DNA of 64,000 nt from positions 3,912-67,911 of the forward strand of contig CAZGLR010000002.1 in NCBI GenBank assembly GCA_964526635.1, in the 5' to 3' direction. The position numbers and the translations under genes are program-made. Positions 10,152-16,940 of this stretch are shown piece by piece. Position 1 is the first letter of the stretch, and each line of letters starts with the position of its first letter. Below the pieces are notes generated by a model. It did no database searches and was not told where the DNA came from. It was given only the letters and a program-made list of their open reading frames with translations. This stretch comes from an uncultured Ignavibacteriales bacterium (lineage in GTDB: Bacteria > Zixibacteria > MSB-5A5 > GN15 > JAAZOE01).

Positions 10152-10195
10152 CCATACAACATCCCATAATGGGGTGTTGTATGGTTGAAATTTCG
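10152..10195 (+). terminator. Hairpin terminator after the nuo operon
   Basis: ccatacaacatccc / ataat / ggggtgttgtatgg forms a 14-bp stem (one G-U pair) with a 5-nt loop, 20 nt after the nuoN stop. It is followed by ttgaaatttc. Confidence 0.6.
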
Positions 10196-10238
10196 CATCG
10201 GATGCCGATCTAACCCAAAAGGGGTGGAGTTTCGAAAT

Positions 10239-10892
10239 ATGATAAACAAGATCGGCAGTTTTTGCAGGAAACATTTCATCTCGGGGCTTTTGGTTACTGT
10301 TCCGATCATTGTTACATTTATTGTCCTGCGCTTTCTCTTTTCTCTTCTCGATGGTTTTCTTGATCCGGTGGTCCAGCGGCTGCTGGGATATCGAATTCCC
10401 GGACTGGGACTGGTCGTAACATTAATTGTCATAGTGCTTGCGGGATTGATATCAAGAAATTATTTTGGAGCACGTTTGTATCGCCTGGGAGATCGAGCCC
10501 TGGCTCGGATGCCGCTGGTTAGGGTAATCTATACGGCCGCCAAACAGCTTGTGCAGGCGATGGCCACACCGCGCACGCGGGCATTTTCTGAAGTCGCACT
10601 GATTGAGTATCCGCGCAAGGGCGTCTTTGCGATTGGATTTCTTTCAGGACGGCTTAATGTGACTGCCGGCGCTAATCGTGAAATGACACGAATCGTGTTT
10701 GTGCCATCGACCCCGACGCCGTTTTCCGGCTTTACTGTCTTTGTGCCCGAATCAGATATATACCCGGCCGATGTGAGCGTGGAAGAGGCGCTGAAGCTGC
10801 TGGTGTCCGGCGGCGTCCTGGCCCCGGATGAAATACGGATAGCAGGGAACAAGCAAGAGGAACTCGATGCGACTTGCAAACCTGTTGGATGA
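10239..10892 (+). CDS. DUF502-family membrane protein
   Basis: N-terminal TM helices followed by conserved blocks (RMPLVRVIYTAAKQL, IEYPRKGVFAIGF, VFVPSTPTPFSGF) typical of DUF502. ATG 10239 is preferred because the ORF-track start at 10185 abuts the terminator stem (10152-10184) and lies within the terminator call; ggtggag lies upstream of 10239. Confidence 0.75.
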   Translation: MINKIGSFCRKHFISGLLVTVPIIVTFIVLRFLFSLLDGFLDPVVQRLLGYRIPGLGLVVTLIVIVLAGLISRNYFGARLYRLGDRALARMPLVRVIYTAAKQLVQAMATPRTRAFSEVALIEYPRKGVFAIGFLSGRLNVTAGANREMTRIVFVPSTPTPFSGFTVFVPESDIYPADVSVEEALKLLVSGGVLAPDEIRIAGNKQEELDATCKPVG

Positions 10893-11772
10893 GGATCTGG
10901 TCGCCTATAACCTGAAATCCTCCACCAAACAAGAAGCAATCTCGGAACTTCTCAACCTGGTTCGGGCTAAACATCCCGGGTATGATTATGCTGCGATCCT
11001 GCAGTCGATTCTGGATCGCGAACAGATCGAAAACACCTCCTATGGCCGCGGCATAGCATTCCCCCATGCCCGCACCGACGCTGTTACCGAAATGCACGTC
11101 GCGGTTGGCATCTCGCCTGAGGGTTTGAGCGATACGACTCCCGACGATATCCCGCTTCGGGTTGTCTGCCTGATGCTGACCCCTTCGTCAATTGCCAAAT
11201 TGTATCTCCAGACACTCTCGGCATTTGCCTCGCTGGCCCGCAATCCCGAAATGCTGACCGCGGTGGCCTCGGCCAAATCCGCCGGCGGCGTGATCGACGC
11301 TATCTGGGAATCGGGCGTAACAGTCGAAAAAGAAATCACTGCCAAAGATCTCATGCGCCGTGATGTCATCAGTGTCAAACCCGGCGACAGCCTCAAAAGC
11401 GTGGCCAACCGCATGTTCCAGCATCGACTTTCTGCCCTGGCCGTGGTCGATGACGACAACAAACTGCTCGGCCAGATTACCGACAAAGAACTGATTCAGG
11501 CCGCTTTGCCCGATTTCAAAACACTGATTTCCAATCTCAATTATTCCATGGATGTCGAGCCGTTTGAAGAACTGCTCAAGCGGGAAGACAAGATCAAAGT
11601 CGAGCAATTATTTAATACCGATCATGAGGTCGTAACCAAAGCGACACCTATCGTCGAGGTGGCGGCTATGATGCTGTTCAAAGATCTCCGCCGGGTTTTT
11701 GTTGCCGAGGATGGCTATTTGTTGGGCATACTATTGCGCAAAGATATTGTGCACATGATCATCCGCGGGTAG
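10867..11772 (+). CDS. PTS EIIA type-2 (PtsN/EIIA-Ntr-like) domain fused to a CBS pair
   Basis: The N-terminal ~150 aa match the EIIA-2 pattern, including the phospho-His context GRGIAFPHART. The C-terminal ~140 aa show two CBS motifs (AKDLMRRDVISVKPGDSL...LSALAVVDDDNKLLGQITDKELI and ...RRVFVAEDGYLLGILLRKDIV). Overlaps the DUF502 gene by 26 nt. Confidence 0.75.
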   Translation: MRLANLLDEDLVAYNLKSSTKQEAISELLNLVRAKHPGYDYAAILQSILDREQIENTSYGRGIAFPHARTDAVTEMHVAVGISPEGLSDTTPDDIPLRVVCLMLTPSSIAKLYLQTLSAFASLARNPEMLTAVASAKSAGGVIDAIWESGVTVEKEITAKDLMRRDVISVKPGDSLKSVANRMFQHRLSALAVVDDDNKLLGQITDKELIQAALPDFKTLISNLNYSMDVEPFEELLKREDKIKVEQLFNTDHEVVTKATPIVEVAAMMLFKDLRRVFVAEDGYLLGILLRKDIVHMIIRG

Positions 11773-11965
11773 GGGGAGTCAACTACAAATCCCGATAAAT
11801 ATTCGTAGGCGACGGGTCCCCCGTCCCGGCACAAAGATTATCCTGATAAAAAAGTGTACGCCATTTTCACAACAGGCCGGTTCCCGCCAAAGATTGGATA
11901 TCTCTTCTGTCGCAGATTTGGCCGGAACCCACGGCGAGCCGATGGATCACCGGGCCACCCGGCGA

Positions 11966-11985
11966 CGCGCCCCTGAAGGGGCGCG
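11966..11985. other. GC-only 8-bp hairpin with a tgaa tetraloop in a 350-bp non-coding gap
   Basis: cgcgcccc tgaa ggggcgcg. A smaller hairpin, gacggg tcc cccgtc, lies at 11811-11825. Neither is followed by a T-run. Confidence 0.4.
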
Positions 11986-11992
11986 CCACAAC

Positions 11993-12036
11993 GCTTCGCT
12001 GAGGACCCTCGCTTCGCTGAGGACCCTTGCTTCGCT
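11993..12036. repeat. 18-bp tandem direct repeat (2 copies plus an 8-nt partial)
   Basis: gcttcgctgaggaccctc / gcttcgctgaggaccctt / gcttcgct... read directly from the sequence, in the gap between convergent genes. Confidence 0.8.
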
Positions 12037-12121
12037 CGGGCGCACTTCGTTTCACACAGCACCTTCGGCGGATCCTGACCTACACGGACTTTACATTATG
12101 CCGCTACCCCAATCATCCGGG

Positions 12122-12937
12122 CTACACTCTTACCGCGACCATCCGGCGAGTCATAACTACTACTAAAAGCAATAACCCGAACGTTACCACAATCGTCGCA
12201 CCGGTCGGCGTATCGAGCCAGAAAGAAAAGATTATCCCCAAAAGTGATCCAAACAGCCCGAAAATCCAGCCATAGAGCAGTCGCATTCCAATACGGTCGG
12301 TAATCAAGGCCGCAAACACCGATGGCACCACCAGGAAAATAAACACCAAAAGCACGCCGCAGATTTTTACCGATGATGTTACTACTACCGCAAACGATGC
12401 GTAAAACAAAAAATCCCAGAATTTCTTTCGGCGGACAGACATCGCATTGCCGAAAGTCAAATCAAGAAACTGCCGCCGGGCCAGGTAATGAAAACCGCCG
12501 ACAACAATGTAGGCGCCGGCTGTTTTGAGGACCATGCCGGGCGTTACTGTCAGAATGCTGCCGACCAGGAGATGGCGAATATGTTCGGCGCCCTCGGCCG
12601 AATGGCTCACCAAAAGTATCGCCGCTGCCGACGAAACGGCATAAACTATCCCGATAAAGGCCTCCTGCGGGACTTTTCCTTCCACACCGCGCGTCAATGT
12701 AAAGATAATTCCACCCAGCAGGGCAAAACTGAGCGCAAACACGTACCCGAGATCGCTGCCGGGGTCATGCCCCAGCAGCGATCCGAACGTCATCCCCAGC
12801 GCCGCAATCTGCGCCAGCGATAAATCGACAAAAATGATCCCGCGCCGAATCACATGCAGCCCGAAATACACATGAATGCCGACCAGAACAAGCGCGGCCA
12901 GAAACGGCCACAGGATGAAATGAAAATACTGACTCAT
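12122..12937 (-). CDS. Metal ABC transporter permease (ZnuB/TroCD, ABC-3 family)
   Basis: About 270-aa polytopic ORF with ABC-3 permease character (GIIFVDLSLAQIAALG, HLLVGSILTV). ATG 12937 gives an ATGA overlap with the upstream binding-protein gene. Confidence 0.8.
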   Translation of the reverse strand: MSQYFHFILWPFLAALVLVGIHVYFGLHVIRRGIIFVDLSLAQIAALGMTFGSLLGHDPGSDLGYVFALSFALLGGIIFTLTRGVEGKVPQEAFIGIVYAVSSAAAILLVSHSAEGAEHIRHLLVGSILTVTPGMVLKTAGAYIVVGGFHYLARRQFLDLTFGNAMSVRRKKFWDFLFYASFAVVVTSSVKICGVLLVFIFLVVPSVFAALITDRIGMRLLYGWIFGLFGSLLGIIFSFWLDTPTGATIVVTFGLLLLVVVMTRRMVAVRV

Positions 12938-13818
12938 TTCAAGCCATCCAGGAGCGCATCCAGATTTCCCTCGAACCACTCAAGGTAACTTTCACTCTTG
13001 TTGCGCCCGCCTATTGAGGGATACATTGTAACCACCCTGGCATTTGTTGATGATGCAATCTTCTCCGGTACCCGCTTGTCGAAATATGGCTCCATCGCGA
13101 TAACACGAAGACCCAGACTGCCGACTTTTTCGGTAAGATGCTTGACATGCGAGGGTGTCGGCGGAACGCCGGGATATGGTTCGATAAAATCGACCGCGAT
13201 TGTCCCGACGAAATCATTGAAATACGGCCACGAATTGTGATAGAACACTACTTTAGTATCCGTCAGTCGCTCAAGTTTCGGCTGCAACGCGCCTAATCCA
13301 CGCCGGATGTCATCGAGAAATCGTTTCTGGTTAGCCGTGTACACAGCAGCATTATCACTATCAAAGGCCACCAGCGCTTCAACGATGACATCGGTTATCG
13401 CTTTGATATTCTGTGGTCCCAACCAGTAATGCGGGTTGCCGTGCGGATGAATATCTCCATGACTGGCATCCGGTTTGAAATTAGGGACTTCCAGTGGTTC
13501 GATATACCGTGAGCAATCAACAATCACCACATCGCTGTTACGTGAGCCCTCGATGATTTTATCCATCCAGAGATCGAGTTCCATCCCGACTTTAAGGGCA
13601 ATATCGGCGCGGGCGGTTTTCATCATATTACTGGGCCGAATTTCTACAAAATGGACATCAGCGGTCGGCGGCGCAATCGCCTCGGCATCTACCAGGTCAC
13701 CACCGATTTGCTCGGCATAATAGGATAGATCAGTGGTCGAACTGATGACTTTGACCGCAGCCCCCGCAATGGGAGCAATGAGCAGAGCTGTCACGAACAA
13801 TAGAACAAACCTGTTCAT
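12934..13818 (-). CDS. Metal ABC transporter substrate-binding protein (TroA/ZnuA-like)
   Basis: Signal peptide (MNRFVLLFVTALLIAPIAGAA) and metal-ligand motifs (DVHFVE, HPHGNPHYWL). Size and layout match cluster A-I binding proteins. Confidence 0.8.
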   Translation of the reverse strand: MNRFVLLFVTALLIAPIAGAAVKVISSTTDLSYYAEQIGGDLVDAEAIAPPTADVHFVEIRPSNMMKTARADIALKVGMELDLWMDKIIEGSRNSDVVIVDCSRYIEPLEVPNFKPDASHGDIHPHGNPHYWLGPQNIKAITDVIVEALVAFDSDNAAVYTANQKRFLDDIRRGLGALQPKLERLTDTKVVFYHNSWPYFNDFVGTIAVDFIEPYPGVPPTPSHVKHLTEKVGSLGLRVIAMEPYFDKRVPEKIASSTNARVVTMYPSIGGRNKSESYLEWFEGNLDALLDGLK

Positions 13819-13832
13819 CTCATCCTCCCGTT

Positions 13833-15008
13833 TTAAAAGTTATGCGGCTTGTGGGGACCAAGACTTACCACCAGTTGGAGGGTAATTTCCCAGAAGCTTT
13901 CACCCTCTTTCAGTTCGGTCCAGTGGCCGGCCAAACGGACCAGGCTGGTTTCCTCTATTGGTGCGAAGCCGACAAATAAACCGGCGCGCCATAGCGATGA
14001 TGACTCAATCTCATGTTCACCATCGTGTTCATGGACCATCTCGGTTTCGAGGTATTCAAATATCCCGCCGATATTGTACTTCTGGGCAAAGCGGTAATCG
14101 ATATAGCCATAGCCGCCATAGGATGTGAGATTATCCTCACCTTCCTCATGCTGGTCCTGATACCGAGCCAGAAACTCGCCCTCGATCTGCAGGGTGGTGT
14201 AGCGATCGGGCTTGAATTTGTACTTGGCATCGATGCCGAAAATCCAGGCCCGGAGCTGATCAGGAACGTGTTCTTCCAAAACGGCCTTAACAACTTCCTC
14301 CTCCTCATGGGCGAATTCATAGACACTGTTGACTGCCGATACCCCGAGCGCCATCTCGGTGTGCATCCCGAGGGCAAATGATGTCGCCAGCCGTCCAAAG
14401 AAGCCCGGATCGGGATCGCCGTCTTCGGCATGGTCATGATCATCCTGCTTTTCGGCGTGCTCGTGTTCTTCCTCGTCATGAAGATGCCCCATCAGGGCGT
14501 CGCCCTTGAGAATACCGGCCATCAACTCAGTGTACGCATTACCGGTCGGCAGTAGAAATGACGTCCGTACGGCCATATCGGACAAACCTTCCTCCCCAAA
14601 AAAGACAACATGGGGGAGGGGACGGTGAATAAATGACCAGGCATGTTCATGAACCGGATTGAGCCGACCGAACTCAAGCAGGTATTTACCGACCCGCAGG
14701 TTTGTATTCAGCGGCAGGCCACGATGAACAGTAACGAAGGCTTCCTCAATTTCGGCATTATGACCACCATGCCAGCCGAAAACTGCATCGGCCCGGGCAT
14801 AGGGATTGAGCGCCCCGCCGATATTCAATTCAAGTGATGGATCAGCCAGGTTTAATTCTTCGATATCATCGATGCGGTCGGGGTCGTCGTGGGAATATGC
14901 CCGAAAATCACCGATCAGGGAGATATCGGGATTGAGTGAAGTCTGGGCGTACATCGCTGTCGAACATATAAGTATGCACATCACCAGGAAGGCGAAAAGT
15001 GATCGCAT
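13833..15008 (-). CDS. Outer-membrane beta-barrel (porin-like) protein with a His/Asp/Glu-rich loop
   Basis: Signal peptide (…STAMYAQ), alternating beta-strand pattern and a terminal aromatic residue (…HKPHNF). Internal GHLHDEEEHEHAEKQDDHDHAEDGD segment. Sits 15 nt upstream of the binding-protein gene. Confidence 0.55.
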   Translation of the reverse strand: MRSLFAFLVMCILICSTAMYAQTSLNPDISLIGDFRAYSHDDPDRIDDIEELNLADPSLELNIGGALNPYARADAVFGWHGGHNAEIEEAFVTVHRGLPLNTNLRVGKYLLEFGRLNPVHEHAWSFIHRPLPHVVFFGEEGLSDMAVRTSFLLPTGNAYTELMAGILKGDALMGHLHDEEEHEHAEKQDDHDHAEDGDPDPGFFGRLATSFALGMHTEMALGVSAVNSVYEFAHEEEEVVKAVLEEHVPDQLRAWIFGIDAKYKFKPDRYTTLQIEGEFLARYQDQHEEGEDNLTSYGGYGYIDYRFAQKYNIGGIFEYLETEMVHEHDGEHEIESSSLWRAGLFVGFAPIEETSLVRLAGHWTELKEGESFWEITLQLVVSLGPHKPHNF

Positions 15009-15057
15009 GGGTTACTCCTTTCATAGAGGTCGTTATGGAAAATGTGTTGCAGGAAAT

Positions 15058-15339
15058 CTATGAGTGGAGCGGGGGAGCCCGGACACTGCGAGAGGAGATT
15101 CGTTCAGCAGCGCAATAATAGACAGTATAAGTGAATGCGGCGAAAGATCGTTCGCCGTAAAAATATATAAAGACGATGATAACCGCCACCGTCAACACTG
15201 ACACGAATTGGCAGATCGTGCAGTGATCGACGGGACTATGGCAATGCGTCGCATGCCAGAGTGCAGCCCCAAGGCCAAACACTACAGCCGTGACAAGCAG
15301 TACTGTGATAGCTTTCTTTATGACGACGTTCATATTCAT
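15058..15339 (-). CDS. Small 2-TM membrane protein with a His/Cys cluster (HATHCHSPVDHCTICQF)
   Basis: 93-aa ORF with two hydrophobic helices flanking the H/C motif. Same strand as the metal locus and 50 nt upstream of it. No clear SD, so the coding status is moderate. Confidence 0.4.
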   Translation of the reverse strand: MNMNVVIKKAITVLLVTAVVFGLGAALWHATHCHSPVDHCTICQFVSVLTVAVIIVFIYFYGERSFAAFTYTVYYCAAERISSRSVRAPPLHS

Positions 15340-15360
15340 ATAACTAAGACCAATACGGGT

Positions 15361-15376
15361 ATTATTTTGTAATAAT
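15361..15376. promoter_or_regulatory. AT-rich inverted repeat ATTATT-ttgt-AATAAT (possible Fur/Zur-family operator)
   Basis: 6-bp perfect arms lying 22-37 nt upstream of the ATG of the small Cys/His ORF, in the divergent promoter region. Confidence 0.25.
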
Positions 15377-15496
15377 TGACATTAACAGCCCGGATGCAAA
15401 CAAAATCACGAGAAATATCCGCCCAATATACCGTCCAGTGGTTTTCGCGGCGTTTTTGGGTTTCCATACTTACTTGTCTCCAAAACAGTTTGGAAC

Positions 15497-15524
15497 TTGA
15501 CTGCCGGTCGACTTGTATTAATAT
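15497..15524 (+). promoter_or_regulatory. Candidate sigma-70 promoter (TTGACT-N16-TAATAT)
   Basis: Read directly from the sequence, about 55 nt upstream of the lipoprotein ATG at 15577. Confidence 0.3.
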
Positions 15525-15576
15525 TACCCTCACTGGAAATTATGTCTCTATCCGCAGTAGAAAGGCAGTGAAATCA

Positions 15577-16878
15577 ATGCGGTATCCCGTTTATCTCCTG
15601 GCGGCTCTGATTCTGGCCGTTGTTCTCATGTCCTGTGGCAAGAAATCTGTTCCACCGCCGCCCAATCTCGGGGCTGAATTTGAATTTGTCGGCGATTCTA
15701 TACTCACGGCCAAAGCCAATCTAACTATTGTCGATGCCTTCCAGATCCGTGTGGTTGGGGCCGATGGTGCTCCATTGGCCGGTGTTGAAGTCGAGTTTTC
15801 TCAAATTACTCCGCGAACCGATACCCTCTGGCAAACCGAGCGGTCTGCCACCACCGGTGCCAACGGCGTCGCTTCGGCAGTCTATCGTATAGATCACACG
15901 GTCGAGGTCGATACCGTGACTGTGACTGCGCCATCGTTGGACAGCATAACCGCCTATTTTGTCATCAATGTTCTTCCCAGTGACAACATCGCTATTGATA
16001 CATCGTACCCGGGCAATCAGGTCGGGACGATTGGGGATACCCTGGCTCAACCGCTCCGCCTGAAAGTCACCGATATCTACGACAATATCATCACCGATCT
16101 TCGGGTCAGATTTGTGGCAACCAAGCGCGGTTTGGTGCTGACCGATTCATCGAGTCTTTCAGATTTTGAAAAGGATACTGCCTATACACGACTGGATGAT
16201 TCCGGGTGGGCTGAAGCGCACTGGGTGCTTCCGTATAATCCCAGCCTGATCGATGCCAGAGTGAATGCTTATGTTCTACGGAATGATTCCGCCAAAGACT
16301 CGGCGCTGTTCGTTGCCGCAGCAATAAGTTTCCCGTCGTTGCTGTATTACAACGACGCCCGCATGATTTTCGAGGAAAACTGCTTTATCTGTCATTCCGG
16401 TCCGGGCGTTCCCGGTACTACCTATGGCGTCGATTTCTATTGGCGGGCCAACGACGGTGTCAATATTGTTCCCGGTGATTCGACTTCTCAAATTGTCAGA
16501 AACGCCAATCCTGATCATAACCTGACCGAAATTAACAAAGTCGAACAGGATAAAATCCTGCACTGGGTCTTTACGCATAATGCCGCTCCCGGCGTATCGG
16601 GTCTGAACAATTACACCAATCAGATGAAAGGCATCATCGATGCCAAATGTGCGACCTGCCATGGCGGGGCCACGCCCGATGGTCAGTACAATATGGAAAC
16701 CCATGCTGATATTCGCGGCACTGGTGTCGACGGCACCTCCAATGCCTTGCCGGGAGATTCGCTCTCGCTTCTGGTCCAGAGGCTTCTGCCGGCGGGCAAT
16801 ATGCGGCAGTATGTGACCGAGGCTGAAGCGGATTCACTGATACGCTGGATTGTCGTTGACTCGCTGCGCCAGTACTGA
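15577..16878 (+). CDS. Lipoprotein with Ig-like repeats and two C-terminal CxxCH (PSCyt1-like cytochrome c) modules
   Basis: Lipobox at MRYPVYLLAALILAVVLMSCG, using ATG 15577 rather than the ORF-track 15376. Beta-rich repeats resemble bacterial Ig-like domains. CFICH lies at 16381-16395 and CATCH at 16648-16662, the second followed by PGDSLSLLVQRL...LIRWIV, as in planctomycete-type cytochrome c domains. Confidence 0.6.
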   Translation: MRYPVYLLAALILAVVLMSCGKKSVPPPPNLGAEFEFVGDSILTAKANLTIVDAFQIRVVGADGAPLAGVEVEFSQITPRTDTLWQTERSATTGANGVASAVYRIDHTVEVDTVTVTAPSLDSITAYFVINVLPSDNIAIDTSYPGNQVGTIGDTLAQPLRLKVTDIYDNIITDLRVRFVATKRGLVLTDSSSLSDFEKDTAYTRLDDSGWAEAHWVLPYNPSLIDARVNAYVLRNDSAKDSALFVAAAISFPSLLYYNDARMIFEENCFICHSGPGVPGTTYGVDFYWRANDGVNIVPGDSTSQIVRNANPDHNLTEINKVEQDKILHWVFTHNAAPGVSGLNNYTNQMKGIIDAKCATCHGGATPDGQYNMETHADIRGTGVDGTSNALPGDSLSLLVQRLLPAGNMRQYVTEAEADSLIRWIVVDSLRQY

Positions 16879-16940
16879 GCATTTTTTGAACAGTTCGCCA
16901 TTATCCTTGTTTTGGGGCTATCGCCGACCGATATTTAGGG

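Noticed and set aside
11838-12166. ORFs of 62-90 aa on both strands in the 350-bp gap (11838-12062 minus, 11867-12055 minus, 11894-12166 plus).
   Set aside because: The translations are dictated by the 18-bp tandem repeat and the GC hairpins (…GSSAKRGSSAKR…). There is no RBS and no Walker motif, so they are not the missing ATPase.
15491-15506. Sigma-54-like TTGGAACTTGACTGC upstream of the lipoprotein gene.
   Set aside because: The GG-to-GC spacing is one nucleotide short of the strict -24/-12 geometry. The same bases fit a sigma-70 -35 (TTGACT) with a TAATAT -10.
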